This document shows positions 1 through 10,731 of a stretch of 64,000 nt of DNA, piece after piece (the first letter of the stretch is position 1; every line of letters begins with the position of its first letter). The position numbers and the translations under genes were made by a program. Where the stretch lies: positions 425,134,001 through 425,198,000 of the forward strand of contig OZ024740.1 of NCBI GenBank assembly GCA_964016885.1, read 5' to 3'. The stretch comes from Eledone cirrhosa. Taxonomy: Eukaryota. The notes beneath the pieces are model-generated. The model was given only the letters and a program-made list of their open reading frames with translations. It was not told where the DNA came from and did no database searches.

Positions 1-5
1 CTGGG

Positions 6-1061
6 ATGGAGCTCCTGATCCAAGCGGACCAAAAAAGCATTGAGGAGATCCCAGAGGTAATAGACCTCACTGACGGCAGCCACCTCACGGTAATTGTCGA
101 GGGCAGAAGACCTAGGTGTGTCGTTTGTGGTGAAGGAACCCACCTAAGGGCTTTCTGCCCTCAGGCTAAAAGGGTGAGGCCACCTCTCCTACCCACCCCA
201 GTGACACAACCATCAACACCACCAGTAGCAGAGATGGCAGCAACAACTGTAGCAGCAACAACAGAAGCAACTATAACAGCAACAACCCCAGCAACAGTAG
301 CAAAACACACACCACCACCACCACCAGCAAAACCAACACCACCACCACCACCCAACGCTTCAGAACTAGCACCAGCGCCTACACCATCCACCACGCCACA
401 ACCAAAACTAACGCCTGTGGAGGATTTTCCACTCCCCGGCCTATCACAACTGGAGACAGATTGTGACGACGAGGAGTGGGAAACGATATCCGGAAAAAAA
501 AAAGAATCCCAAAAAGAAAAAATTCTCTTCCTTCCCCCTCCAAACACAAAATACAGAGGGAAACAAATAAACTAAGAAACAAAAAAGTTAGGACAGATAT
601 GCCACCATCCACACCAGCATCACCAACCCTATCCAACCCAAACACCAACACCATCACCATCATTAACTCCAACACCACCATCACCTACACCACAAAAGTC
701 ACCAAAATGCGAAACAGAAACAAACCCACAACAAACGCAAACAAAACAAAACAACCAAAACGATACACACTACACAGCATTAAATTTGAACAACAAGCAA
801 TTATTACACTACATCCAACACAACACCAGCATCACAGAAAAAGACTACACAACAACCCCAAAATTCACACCACCTCCACACATACAAATCACTCGCATCA
901 CACAGAAAACGTACATGACACTAAAACAAAAATTCCCCAAAGACATCGGAGACATCCGACAAGCACTCTCCAGGAGGATTTATAAGGACATCCTTCCTGA
1001 GGAGGCCACAAGCAGTGAAAAGGATGGAAAAACCGTCCTTCCCATACGAGAAGTAAGGTAA
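6..1061 (+). pseudogene. Tx1-A ORF1 (gag-like), C-terminal part, frameshifted
   Basis: CVVCGEGTHLRAFC (CX2CX4HX4C) and a Pro/Thr-rich linker. Pieces 6-575, 476-985 and 786-1061 align in sequence with ORF1 of copies B and C. One frameshift is near the A-run at ~494-502. Confidence 0.85.
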
Positions 1062-1095
1062 GTGGTCTTTCCCATCTTTTTCACTCCTTTTCAAC

Positions 1096-4000
1096 ATGAC
1101 CTCACTCAGAATAGGCAGCATAAATGCGCGTGGCTTGGGGTCGTCATGGAAGCAGGGTCACCTTCTCAACGACCTCAGGTCACTAAACATAGATGTAGTG
1201 GCCATCAGCGAGACCAGAATCTCCGAAGCACGGGCCTTCGCACCGATCTTCGGCGGCTACGATGTGTACGCATCTCCCAGCCGTCCTGGATCGGGTGGAG
1301 GAGTTGCTGTGCTTTTTCGGAGAGGTTTGGATCTCGCCATACGGGCCATCTTCATGGACCCAGAGGGTAAGCTGGTGGTGCTGGACGTGACCAGCGGAGA
1401 CGGGCAAGCTTTCAGGCTAGTGGCCGTCTATGCCCCGACAGGAGCAGGGCGGCCTGATTTCTTCCGGCGTCTGGAGAACTTTCTTGGAACGTCCCGCTCT
1501 TTAGTGTTAGTGGGCGACTGGAACGGGATCTTAGATGCACGCTGGGACTGTGTGGGATTAGCGGATAGGGGTGGAGGGTGCAAGAGCCTCACCAACCTGC
1601 TCAGGCGTTTTGAACTGTCTGACAGGTACCGATTGGATTTCCTGAATGTGCCAATGTGGACTTGGACAAACCGCATAGGGTCATCCAGATCATATCTAGA
1701 TAGAGTATTTTGTAGGGAAATAGATAGGTCTAGCATAGGCTGTCCACAATTCAAGATAGTCAGCTACACGGATCACAAATTCGTGACCTGTGTGCTTGAC
1801 TTAGATAGGCTTCATAGACGAGGACCCGGTTACTGGAAGCTAAACGCGTCCTTACCAGCGCGCAAGGCCTACAGAGACCGGATTAGCGAACTAGTTAAGC
1901 GGGCGTTGACGGGGGCCATTGTCAACAACAAGTGGTGGTTTGCTTTGAAAAGAGCGATTAGAATAGAATCGATTAGGTTTAGTAAGGCTTTAGCAATAGA
2001 GAAAAATAGAGCAGAGGGAGAACTAGTTAGAAAATTAGACGAGGCGCTTAGCAAAGGCATTGCGACCGACGTGCTTGCGGCGAAATTGGCCCTTGACCAA
2101 TTCTTCAATGCAAAGCTCGAAGGCTGCGTTGTCAGAGCTAGGGTGCGTGCTCTCAGACACGAGGGGACGAAAGCCGGTCAATGGGCCCGTGTGGCGGAGG
2201 CGCGTCGTGGCAACAAAGCCACGATCCGGTCTTTGGTGGACCACGACGGGCGTATGCTACTCGATCCCGGGCAAATGTGTGAAGCTTTTCAGCGACACTT
2301 CGCTCAGCTGTTCGAGGGCAGCGGGGGGCCGGGTAGAGGGATGGACTTTAGTGTCTACCTCGACGGACTGCCGCGGCTCTCGGCCACTGAGGCGAAGTGT
2401 TGCGAAAAGCCGATAACAGCCGCTGAAGTAAGGGAGGCAATGACTGGCTGCACAAGGGGTAAATCGCCTGGTTTGGATGGTCTGCCCTATGAACTTTACG
2501 TACAGATGCCAGACTTGTTCGGAGGCCTCTTGGCGGACGTCTACTGCAACTGGCAACAGAACGGGAGAATTCCCAGTTCTGTGAGCCGAGGAGCGGTGGC
2601 ACTGCTGAGAAAGGATCCGAACAAGGGGGATAACATAGACAATTTCCGGCCCATAACTCTGCTAAACACAGAGTTCAAGATTTTGGCCAAGGTGCTAGCA
2701 AAGAGGTTGGCGCTTGTCGTTGGTGGTCTGGTGGGAGAGGCGCAGACATGCGCCATTCCCGACAGATCCATCCACGACAACCTCCACCTCATGCGATACA
2801 TCATAGAGAGGGTAGCTAAGGAACCTGGCACGGGTGGGTCCTTGATCAATTTAGATCAGTCGAAAGCTTTCGATAGGGTCGACCATCGTTACCTAGCGGC
2901 AGTCCTGAGGGCGGCTGGCTTTGGGCCCGTCTTCAGAGGCTGGATCGCTGCCATGCACAGCGACATCTGCTCTGTGGTGAGAGTGAACGGTCACCTGTCG
3001 GAACCGTTCAACATCATGCGCTCGGTCCGCCAAGGATGTCCCCCCTCGTCCCTCTTGTACGTATTGACTCTCGAGCCATTACTGCACAAACTGGAGACGT
3101 TGAGGGGAGTCCCGCGCGAACTAGGATGCGGAAGATCCGTGTCAGCATATGCGGACGATGTCACTGTAGTGGTGTCGAACGCCAAACACATCGAGGCGAT
3201 CGGCACTACACTAAGAGAATACGAAGCGGTGACAGGAGCAATGATCAACCAGGAAAAGTCAGTGGGCCTGCAGCTCGGCACCTGGAGAGGCATGTCCATG
3301 CCGTCCAACAGCGTCGTCGGGCGCTGGGCGGACGGACCGGTTAAATTGCTAGGGGTCTGGTTCGGTCCGGACCTCCAGACGGACAAAAACTGGGACGAGG
3401 TGACGAGCAGGGTGGCTTCTCTCACCCAGAAATGGGCCGATAGGAAGCTATCCCTGAAAGGTCGAGCGGAGGTGGCTAACGCGTACATCGCGTCTGTCAT
3501 CTGCTACCGCCTAACCGTCGTACCTTGTCCTAAGCCTCGCCTAACTGCGCTGGAGCGTTTGCTCTTCCGCTTTTTGAGGAAGGGACGCGCTCCGATTGTC
3601 AGGCGGTCCATCTGTTGTCAACACCCGCTACGTGGAGGGCTGGGCATGCCGTGGCTGATGATGCGCAGGCACGCGCTCAGGCTACGACATCTCCACCTCT
3701 TCCTCGACGGTGATCAGGTGTGGTCGCCGTTTGCTAGACGCGTTTTTCCCCAGCTCGTTTCCTTGACGGAGCTGCAGTCCTGGGTCAAGCGAAGATCGAG
3801 AGGGAGCGCCTGGAGACTGGAATGTCTTCAGGCGCTCACAGCCCTCGACCAATCGGGCAATGTGATCGGTGGAAACTCGACCTCGGCGTTCTATAGAGGA
3901 TTAGTGGAGGGGAAGAGCGACGACGTACTTGGGGAAACTCTAGGCGTCGACGAAAATCAACTAGCCAATCTCTTCGGAAGAACTTTCGGGCCAGGGCCTA

Positions 4001-4515
4001 TGGACAACTTCCAGAAATCTCTGGCCTGGCAGTGCTACCGAGGAGCCTTGCCAGTTCGGGATAAACTCTACAGGCATGGAGGTGCCGTCAGCCGGGCATG
4101 TCCGAGATGCGCGCAGGGCGACGAAACCGTCCTGCACGCACTCGTCCAGTGTCCGAAAATTGCTGACTTTTGGGTTTATGTCGAACACCTGCTGTCGCGT
4201 TTAGGACGGATCCGGCTATCATCTGAGTCCATCGTGAGGATTGCCCCGCCCTCCTCCTTTAGCCGGGAAGGGCAGGCAGTTTTTATCTGCCTGGTGGCCA
4301 TGGTGAAAGAGATAGTATGGTGGACACGTTTGAAAGGGCTGAAGACGAGCACTTACCTCTTCGGTGATGCTCTGATTGACTTTTTCAAATTTCATTTGAA
4401 AAGGAAAATCAGAGTAGAGAGGGAAGTGCTCTCTTCCCAGCATTTTGTTGAAAGATGGGTGAGAGAAGCAAGAATGGCCCGAGTGAATGGGCCTACTCTG
4501 AGTATATATCTGTAA
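1096..4515 (+). CDS. Tx1-A ORF2, intact 1139 aa: AP endonuclease, reverse transcriptase and C-terminal CCHC
   Basis: APE motifs SINARGL, SET, GDWN, SYLDRV, TDH; RT motifs KSPGLDG, FRPITLLN, DQSKAFD, QGCP, YADD; C-terminal CPRC..ETVLHALVQC. Confidence 0.95.
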   Translation: MTSLRIGSINARGLGSSWKQGHLLNDLRSLNIDVVAISETRISEARAFAPIFGGYDVYASPSRPGSGGGVAVLFRRGLDLAIRAIFMDPEGKLVVLDVTSGDGQAFRLVAVYAPTGAGRPDFFRRLENFLGTSRSLVLVGDWNGILDARWDCVGLADRGGGCKSLTNLLRRFELSDRYRLDFLNVPMWTWTNRIGSSRSYLDRVFCREIDRSSIGCPQFKIVSYTDHKFVTCVLDLDRLHRRGPGYWKLNASLPARKAYRDRISELVKRALTGAIVNNKWWFALKRAIRIESIRFSKALAIEKNRAEGELVRKLDEALSKGIATDVLAAKLALDQFFNAKLEGCVVRARVRALRHEGTKAGQWARVAEARRGNKATIRSLVDHDGRMLLDPGQMCEAFQRHFAQLFEGSGGPGRGMDFSVYLDGLPRLSATEAKCCEKPITAAEVREAMTGCTRGKSPGLDGLPYELYVQMPDLFGGLLADVYCNWQQNGRIPSSVSRGAVALLRKDPNKGDNIDNFRPITLLNTEFKILAKVLAKRLALVVGGLVGEAQTCAIPDRSIHDNLHLMRYIIERVAKEPGTGGSLINLDQSKAFDRVDHRYLAAVLRAAGFGPVFRGWIAAMHSDICSVVRVNGHLSEPFNIMRSVRQGCPPSSLLYVLTLEPLLHKLETLRGVPRELGCGRSVSAYADDVTVVVSNAKHIEAIGTTLREYEAVTGAMINQEKSVGLQLGTWRGMSMPSNSVVGRWADGPVKLLGVWFGPDLQTDKNWDEVTSRVASLTQKWADRKLSLKGRAEVANAYIASVICYRLTVVPCPKPRLTALERLLFRFLRKGRAPIVRRSICCQHPLRGGLGMPWLMMRRHALRLRHLHLFLDGDQVWSPFARRVFPQLVSLTELQSWVKRRSRGSAWRLECLQALTALDQSGNVIGGNSTSAFYRGLVEGKSDDVLGETLGVDENQLANLFGRTFGPGPMDNFQKSLAWQCYRGALPVRDKLYRHGGAVSRACPRCAQGDETVLHALVQCPKIADFWVYVEHLLSRLGRIRLSSESIVRIAPPSSFSREGQAVFICLVAMVKEIVWWTRLKGLKTSTYLFGDALIDFFKFHLKRKIRVEREVLSSQHFVERWVREARMARVNGPTLSIYL

Positions 4516-4765
4516 ATTAAAGGTGGAAAACTGGGAGAGGGCACTTGCCTTGGTGGTCAGGGTCATTGTGACTTTTTACTGGGCTTTCTCCACCAATGTC
4601 CCTCCGAAGTCTGCCCCCTATTGGGGAATTTTTCATTGTTATTTTTTGTTACATCCTCTGTTTTTGTTTTTTACACGCAGAAATGCCCATTTGTACCGTC
4701 CTGCATTGTCCTGCACTGTCCTTAATGTCTACTTTATGTAAACCCTTGTGGTTAATAAAGAAATC

Positions 4766-4788
4766 ATTATTATTATTATTATTATTAT
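4766..4788. repeat. (ATT)n microsatellite shared by the 3' ends of Tx1-A and the Dong/R4 element
   Basis: attattattattattattattat lies between two tail-to-tail elements. Confidence 0.9.
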
Positions 4789-6254
4789 TTGCATTTATCT
4801 TGCTTTATGTTTATACGAGTTATCACCAAGTCACAACCAGTGACCTCAAGAGACAACAAGGTCCGCCATGTTCAAGAAAGAACACACATATTCACACATG
4901 CATCCTTAGTGTTTAGACTTGTGATGTACTTATATTGACAGGATCTTCCTTAGTATATGGGCAGTTCCCATTAGTACTATCTTTTGTATTTCTCCTATAC
5001 GCGGGTTTCCTGGGATTTGCGATAAGTAGTCGTTAGACCCCTTAGGTATCATTCCCAGAGCGCCTACAACCACTGGTATTGTTTTAGTTCTCAATTTCCA
5101 CATTTTTCCAATTTCTATCTCCAGGTCCTTATACTTGCTCAATTTTTCAAATGTTTTTATAGATACATTCTTGTCTATTGGAACAGACATATCAATTAGC
5201 AGGCATACCCTCCTTTGAAAGTCCTTCAATATTATATCAGGTCTATTTGCATCTATTTTTCGGTCTGTTTGGATGCTAAAGTTCCACAAGATTGAGATGT
5301 GATCTTTTTCAAGTATGGGAAGTGGTTGATGCTCCCACCAATTCTTTTGATGGGGCAGGTCAAAATGCTTACACATTATCCAATGTATGTATTGTGCAGC
5401 TCTGTCATGCCTGTTTAGGTATTCGGTTGGAGCTATAGGACTGCACATTGAAATTATATGGTCAATGGTCTCTGGTTGTTTTTTGCATACACGGCATAAT
5501 GGGCTGCACCCATTTTTTATTATGTTGGCTTGGTAATTTTTTGTTGGCAGACACTGATCTTGTGCGGAGATAATCAGTCCTTCAGTCTCCGATTTCAGTC
5601 CAGAGGATGCCAACCACTGATGGGTTAAAGTTTTGTCAACATCAGGATTGTTAGCTCGCTCTGGGTATTTTCCATACAGAGGCTTTTCTTGCCATTTCTT
5701 AGCCAGTTTCTGTAGCAGTTCTTTCTTTGCAGTTACTTTTACCTGCTTTGCTTTTTCTGTGTTTTCCATTTCAGCAGTAAATGGGACTTCTGAAATTTGT
5801 AGTCCATTACTGTATCTTTGTGCATCTTTTGTAATGGAATATGATCTTTTGGTGCTTTCGTGTTTCAAAACGAGTTTGATCATCCAATCATGTGATTCCC
5901 TTAGATATGTGGATAATCCAATTGTTGCAGTTTTCAACGCAATGTCTAACTGGATTAACCCACGTCCTCCTTCTTTCCTAGGGAGATATATTCTATCTAT
6001 GTCTGCCTTAGGGTGATGCATTCTGTGCATGGTTAAGAATTTTCGGATTTTTGTATCGAGCCTACGGATCTCTGTGCTTGACCAGTTGATGACATTGTAA
6101 CTGTAGGTTACTACTGGTATGGCAAGCGTGTTTATGGCATCGATCCTATTCCTTGCATTCAATTCCGTTCTTAAGATTGCTCTGACTCTGCGGTAACATT
6201 CCTTCCTTATCCTTTCCCTCATTGTCGAGTGCTTGATTCCGTCTCCTTCACAAA

Positions 6255-6256
<2 letters not shown>
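4789..6256 (-). mobile_element. 5'-truncated R4/Dong-clade non-LTR retrotransposon inserted in (TAA)n
   Basis: Flanked on both sides by (TAA)n. Encodes RT thumb, CCHC and restriction-like endonuclease. Dong-type elements are known to target TAA repeats. Confidence 0.85.
4930..6256 (-). CDS. Dong/R4 C-terminal open frame: RT thumb, CCHC and PD-(D/E)xK endonuclease
   Basis: YLPRKEGGRGL, CRVC..ETIDHIISMC, YLNRHD, RPDIIL..LIDMSVP, KLSKY. The N-terminal M and poly-N of the called ORF come from the flank. Confidence 0.85.
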
Positions 6257-6302
<46 letters not shown>

Positions 6303-6316
6303 ACATATATATATAT

Positions 6317-6908
6317 GGTGGCTGCCAACTCGTTTTCGAGTACGGCCACTACTTTATATCCATGTAGGAGAACCCCTACCGATGCGCTGAACGAGTGTGA
6401 CTTTTTAGTCCAGCCAGCGACTTGAAAACTCTGGTACAAACACTACACTTGTGACAATTATTGATACATAGTGCTGGGCCCATGGTACCATGTGACAACA
6501 AGTGCAGAGAGCTCTCCAGATATAAAGCAATGCCTGCGCCGGGAAGCTTTTATAGTGAGCAAAGGCACTGCACAAAGCCAGTCCCACTCTCTTAACCAAG
6601 ATGATATTTACCAAAAAGAAGAACAAGTCAACATCATTGGATACCATCAGGGTTGCAGGTGTTATATCAGAGTTTTCCTTCTCCTAGAATTCTGCCTTGA
6701 CAAAGGCTAAGGGGTCATCTATCCCGGTGATTTTGGATGGCCATTGACTCTTAAGAGCTCCTTTGCCTTTATACAGGTTTTGTTTTTAGTTCTGCAGGAT
6801 GTCCAAACTCAGCCTCCTCACCAAGAAACCTTGGTGGGGTTGTCAGTTTAGTCGCCAACGACCCGACCATGAGACAGGTTGTACTGGGTTACATGTTACC
6901 AGTAGCAC

Positions 6909-6913
<5 letters not shown>
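6317..6913 (-). mobile_element. Unclassified ~600-bp repeat between TA tracts, possibly the 5' UTR of an RTE-like LINE
   Basis: Higher-GC block bounded by (TA)n. The minus strand has hairpins and AGGAGAAGGAAAACTCTGA, reminiscent of RTE 5' regions. No protein homology recognised. Confidence 0.3.

Positions 6914-7005
<92 letters not shown>
6914..7005. repeat. (TA)n plus (GATA)n microsatellite at the 3' junction of Tx1-B
   Basis: Read directly. Confidence 0.95.
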
Positions 7006-7006
<1 letters not shown>

Positions 7007-7270
7007 TGTTTCTTTTATTTGCCACCAGGGCATCAAAAGTGGGACAAGTACAATCGGGGGAGTTTACAAAACAAGGCGTCCTCAATAAGGAGGAGGCAAT
7101 AACAATATATAAAAATAAAATAAAATATAACAAAAAATAAAATTTATAACAAAGTCCTCAATAGAGAGGAGGCGCCTTTTGGGGTCGCACACACCCCCGA
7201 AAAAAGTGTGCAACCCTTCTCCTCAGGAGCACAGAGAAGGGGTGCTCCCTTGGTCTTTCATCTTCCTCAC

Positions 7271-10200
7271 CTATAGTCTGATGTAGAGTGAAGGCCCATT
7301 CACACGGGCCAATCTCGCCACTTCCACCCATCTTTCATAGAAACGGCTGGGGTGCAGCATCTCTCTCTCCATCCTTATCCTTCTTCCGAAATGATATCGG
7401 AAGAAACGGACCAGTTGTTGGCCAGAGAGAAAGGTGTCTGACCTCAGTCCTTTCAGACGCGTCCACCATACAACCTCTTTCGCCATGGCTATTACGCACA
7501 GAAACACCGCCTCTCCTTCGTTTTTGAAGAGGGGAGGCGGCTTGATCGTTACAATAGCTTCGGTGGTCAACCGGATTGGTCCCACCCTTGACAGCAGTTG
7601 TTCGACATAGCTCCACAGATCGGCAATGCCCGAGCAGTGTACCAATGCGTGTGCAACGGTTTCCTCGTCGCACACGCATCTGGGACAGATCTTTTTCGAT
7701 GGGTCCCTACCCGGGCGCCCGTGTCTGTAGAGCCTTTCTCGAACGGGCAGAGCCCTTCTGTAGCATTGCCAGGCCAGGGACCTCTGGAAGTTATCCATGG
7801 GTCCCGGGCTGAATGTCCTACCGAACAGGTTGGCCAGTTCGTCTTCCTCCATGCCTAGGGCTTCTCCGAGGGCGTCGTCGCACCTGCTAACCACCAGCCC
7901 TCTATAGAATGACGAGGTGGATTCTCCACTGACAGCCGGGTCCGCCTGCCAGAGAGCCGTGAGCGCCTGGGCACACTCGGTGTGCCAGGCGCCCAGTTTT
8001 CTCGGTCTTTGCTTGACCCAGGACTGCAGCTCGGTGAGTGAGACGAGTCTGGGAAAGGCTCGCCTCACAAACGGGGCCCACACCGGTTGACCGGAGAGGA
8101 ATACCTGAAGGTGCCGTAGCCTTAATGCGTGTTTGCGTATCATTATCCACGGCATCCCCAGCCCTCCTTTCGAAGGGTGTTGACAGCAGATGGATCTCCT
8201 CACCATAGGAGCCCGCTTCTTTCAAAGGAATTGGAAGAGTGCGCGCTCCATTTTGGCGAGCGTTTCCCTTGGGCAAGGCACAACGGTCAGGCGGTAGTAG
8301 ATGACGGACGCTATATAAGTGTTCGCCACCTCCGTCCGTCCTTTCAGGGACAGTTTGCACTCGGCCCACTTCTGGGTCAGTGCAAACACCCTGTTCGTCA
8401 CCTCACCCCAGTTCTTCTCCACCTGGAGGTCTGGTCCGAACCAGACCCCGAGCAACTTCACCGGGCTCTCCGTCCAGCGCCCGACGACGCCATCGGAGGG
8501 CATCGATCTGCCCCTCCACGTGCCGAGTTGCAGACCGATCGACTTGTCCCGGTTCAGCTTAGCCCCTGTAAACCTTTCGTACTCCTCCAGTAAGGTGCCG
8601 ATTGACCTGATTTCCGAGGCCGTCGACACCATTACTGTTACGTCATCGGCGTAGGCTGACACCGCTTTCCGCAATCCCGGTTCCAACGGGATGCCCTGCA
8701 ACAACTCCAACTTCCGCAGCAGTGGCTCTAGAGTCATTACATACAGAAGGGAGGAGAGAGGGCACCCCTGTCGGATGGACCGCGCGATTTCGAACGGCTC
8801 CGAGAGGTAGCCGTTCACCTTGACTCTAGAGCAGATGCGGCTGCTGTGCATGGCATTGATCCAGCCCCTGAAAACGGGTCCGAAGCCTGCCGCCGCTAGC
8901 ACCGCATCCAGGTAAACATGGTCGACCCTATCGAATGCCTTAGATTGATCCAAGTTGATCAGGGCCCCACCAAAGCCGGGTTCGTTCCCAACCCTCTCTA
9001 TGATGTATCGCATGAGGTGGAGGTTATCGTGGATGGACCTGGACGGGATAGCACATGTCTGCGCATCTCCCACCAGGTTGCCCACGACAAGCGCCAACCT
9101 CTTTGCTAGCACCTTGGCCAAAATCTGTAACTCTGTATTTAGCAGAGTTATGGGCCTGAAATTATTTATATCGTCCCCCTTGTTCTCGTCCTTCCTCACT
9201 AGCGTGACTACGCCCTTGGTCACAGCACAGGCAATTCTCCCGTTCTGTTGCCAGTTGCAGTAGACCACCTCGAGGAGTTCGGGGAACAAGTCCGGTATAA
9301 CTAGATATAGTTCGTATGGAAGACCATCGAGACTAGGGGATTTGCGTTTGCCGCATTGGCTCAGCACGTCCTCTATCTCAGCGGCTGAAATCGGCTCCTC
9401 GCAGGACTTCGCCTCCCTGTCCGAGAGACGCGGCAGGCCGTCGAGGTATGGACCGAAGTCCACGTCCCCAACCGGCCCCCCGCCCCTTCCGAACAATCCG
9501 GCAAAGTGCTTTTGAAAAGCGTCGCACATCTGCTTAGGTTCAAGGATCACCCGTCCATCCTGGTCTCGCAAAGACCGGATAGTGGATCTGCTCCCTGTTT
9601 TGGCTTCTGTCACGCGGGCCCAGCTAACAGCTTTGGTCCCCTCGTTTCCCAGAGCACGTATTTTGCTTCGGACGATGCAGCCTTCGTGTTTCGCGTCGAA
9701 GAACTGGCCCAGGGCCGTTCTCGACGCTAGCACTCTGGCCACGTCGCCGCTTCTAATTGCCTCTTCTACACTATCTACCAACTCCCTTTCCTTCCTATTT
9801 CTATTTGAGGCTAACTCCTTACTAAATTCTATAGAGACTACTCTAATCTCTCTTTTGAGAGATCCCCACCACCTGCTGTTGACGATGGCGCCCGTCAACC
9901 GCTCATTAACTAAATTGCTAATCCGGTTCCTGTAAGCCTTACTTGCCGGTAAGGACAAGTTGAGCTTCCAGTAACCGGGTCCCTGTCTATGAGTTCTGTC
10001 AAGGTTGACCATGCAGGTCACTAATTTGTGGTCTGAATAGCCAACCATGCGCATTTTTGGACAACTTAAAACGTCCTTATCCTTAATTCTAACTAAGAAC
10101 CTATCTAGGTACGACCTAGATGATCAGCTACGATTTGCCCAAGTCCAGGTTGGCGCAGTCGGAAAATCTAGTCGATATCTATCGGCCAGGTCAAATCGAC

Positions 10201-10707
10201 CGATTAACCCTTTGAGGCTATTACACCCCTCTCTATCGGGGCAGGCCCCTACGTAGTCCCAGCGTGCATCTAGGATACCATTCCAGTCCCCCACTAATAG
10301 CAAGGAGCGGGACGTCCCTAGAAAAGTCTCCAGACGATGGAAGAAGTCCGGCCGCATTGACCCGAAAGGGCCGTAGGCGGCTACCAACCTAAACGCTCCG
10401 CCTTTACCACTGCCAAGGTCCAGAACCACTAGTCGACCCTCCGGGTCCAAATGTACCATCTGTGTTGCGAGACCCAGATGTTTTTGCAGCAGAACGACAA
10501 CTCCACCCCCACCTCCGGGCTGACAGAGAGATGCGTGCATTCAAAGTCATCAAAGGTGGGGGCCAGCTGTCGCACGTTGCTGATCCGGGCCTCGCAAATA
10601 ACCATCACATCTATACGTTGTGACCTGAGGTCATTTAGAAGCATTGCTTGCTTCCAAGTTGAGCCCAGGCCACGCGCATTTAAACAGCCTACTCTTAGCA
10701 TAGCCAT
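7271..10707 (-). pseudogene. Tx1-B ORF2 (APE-RT-CCHC), disrupted
   Basis: ORF pieces 10429-10731, 10124-10540, 8222-10054 and 7271-8206 are collinear with Tx1-A ORF2. There is a frameshift at ~10530 and stops at ~10125 and ~8223. Confidence 0.9.
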
Positions 10708-10731
10708 GTTGGTGGTGAAGAGAAAAGGCAC

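Larger units (their letters stand above)
1..4765 (+). mobile_element. Tx1-clade (L1 group) non-LTR retrotransposon, copy A; 5' part lies outside the window
   Basis: ORF1 with zinc knuckle, then ORF2 APE-RT-CCHC. The 3' UTR ends CCCTTGTGGTTAATAAAGAAATC and runs directly into (ATT)n. Confidence 0.92.

Noticed and set aside
1058-4522. Predicted introns of A and B are both 3465 nt
   Set aside because: Probably coincidental given independent indels; not used as evidence.
1183-4566. Antisense and alternate-frame ORFs within the Tx1 ORF2s
   Set aside because: Expected shadows of GC-rich coding sequence; shared ones simply reflect ORF2 homology.
6257-6306. Poly-Asn N-terminus of the 458-aa ORF
   Set aside because: It is the (TAA)n target tract read in frame, not part of the element.
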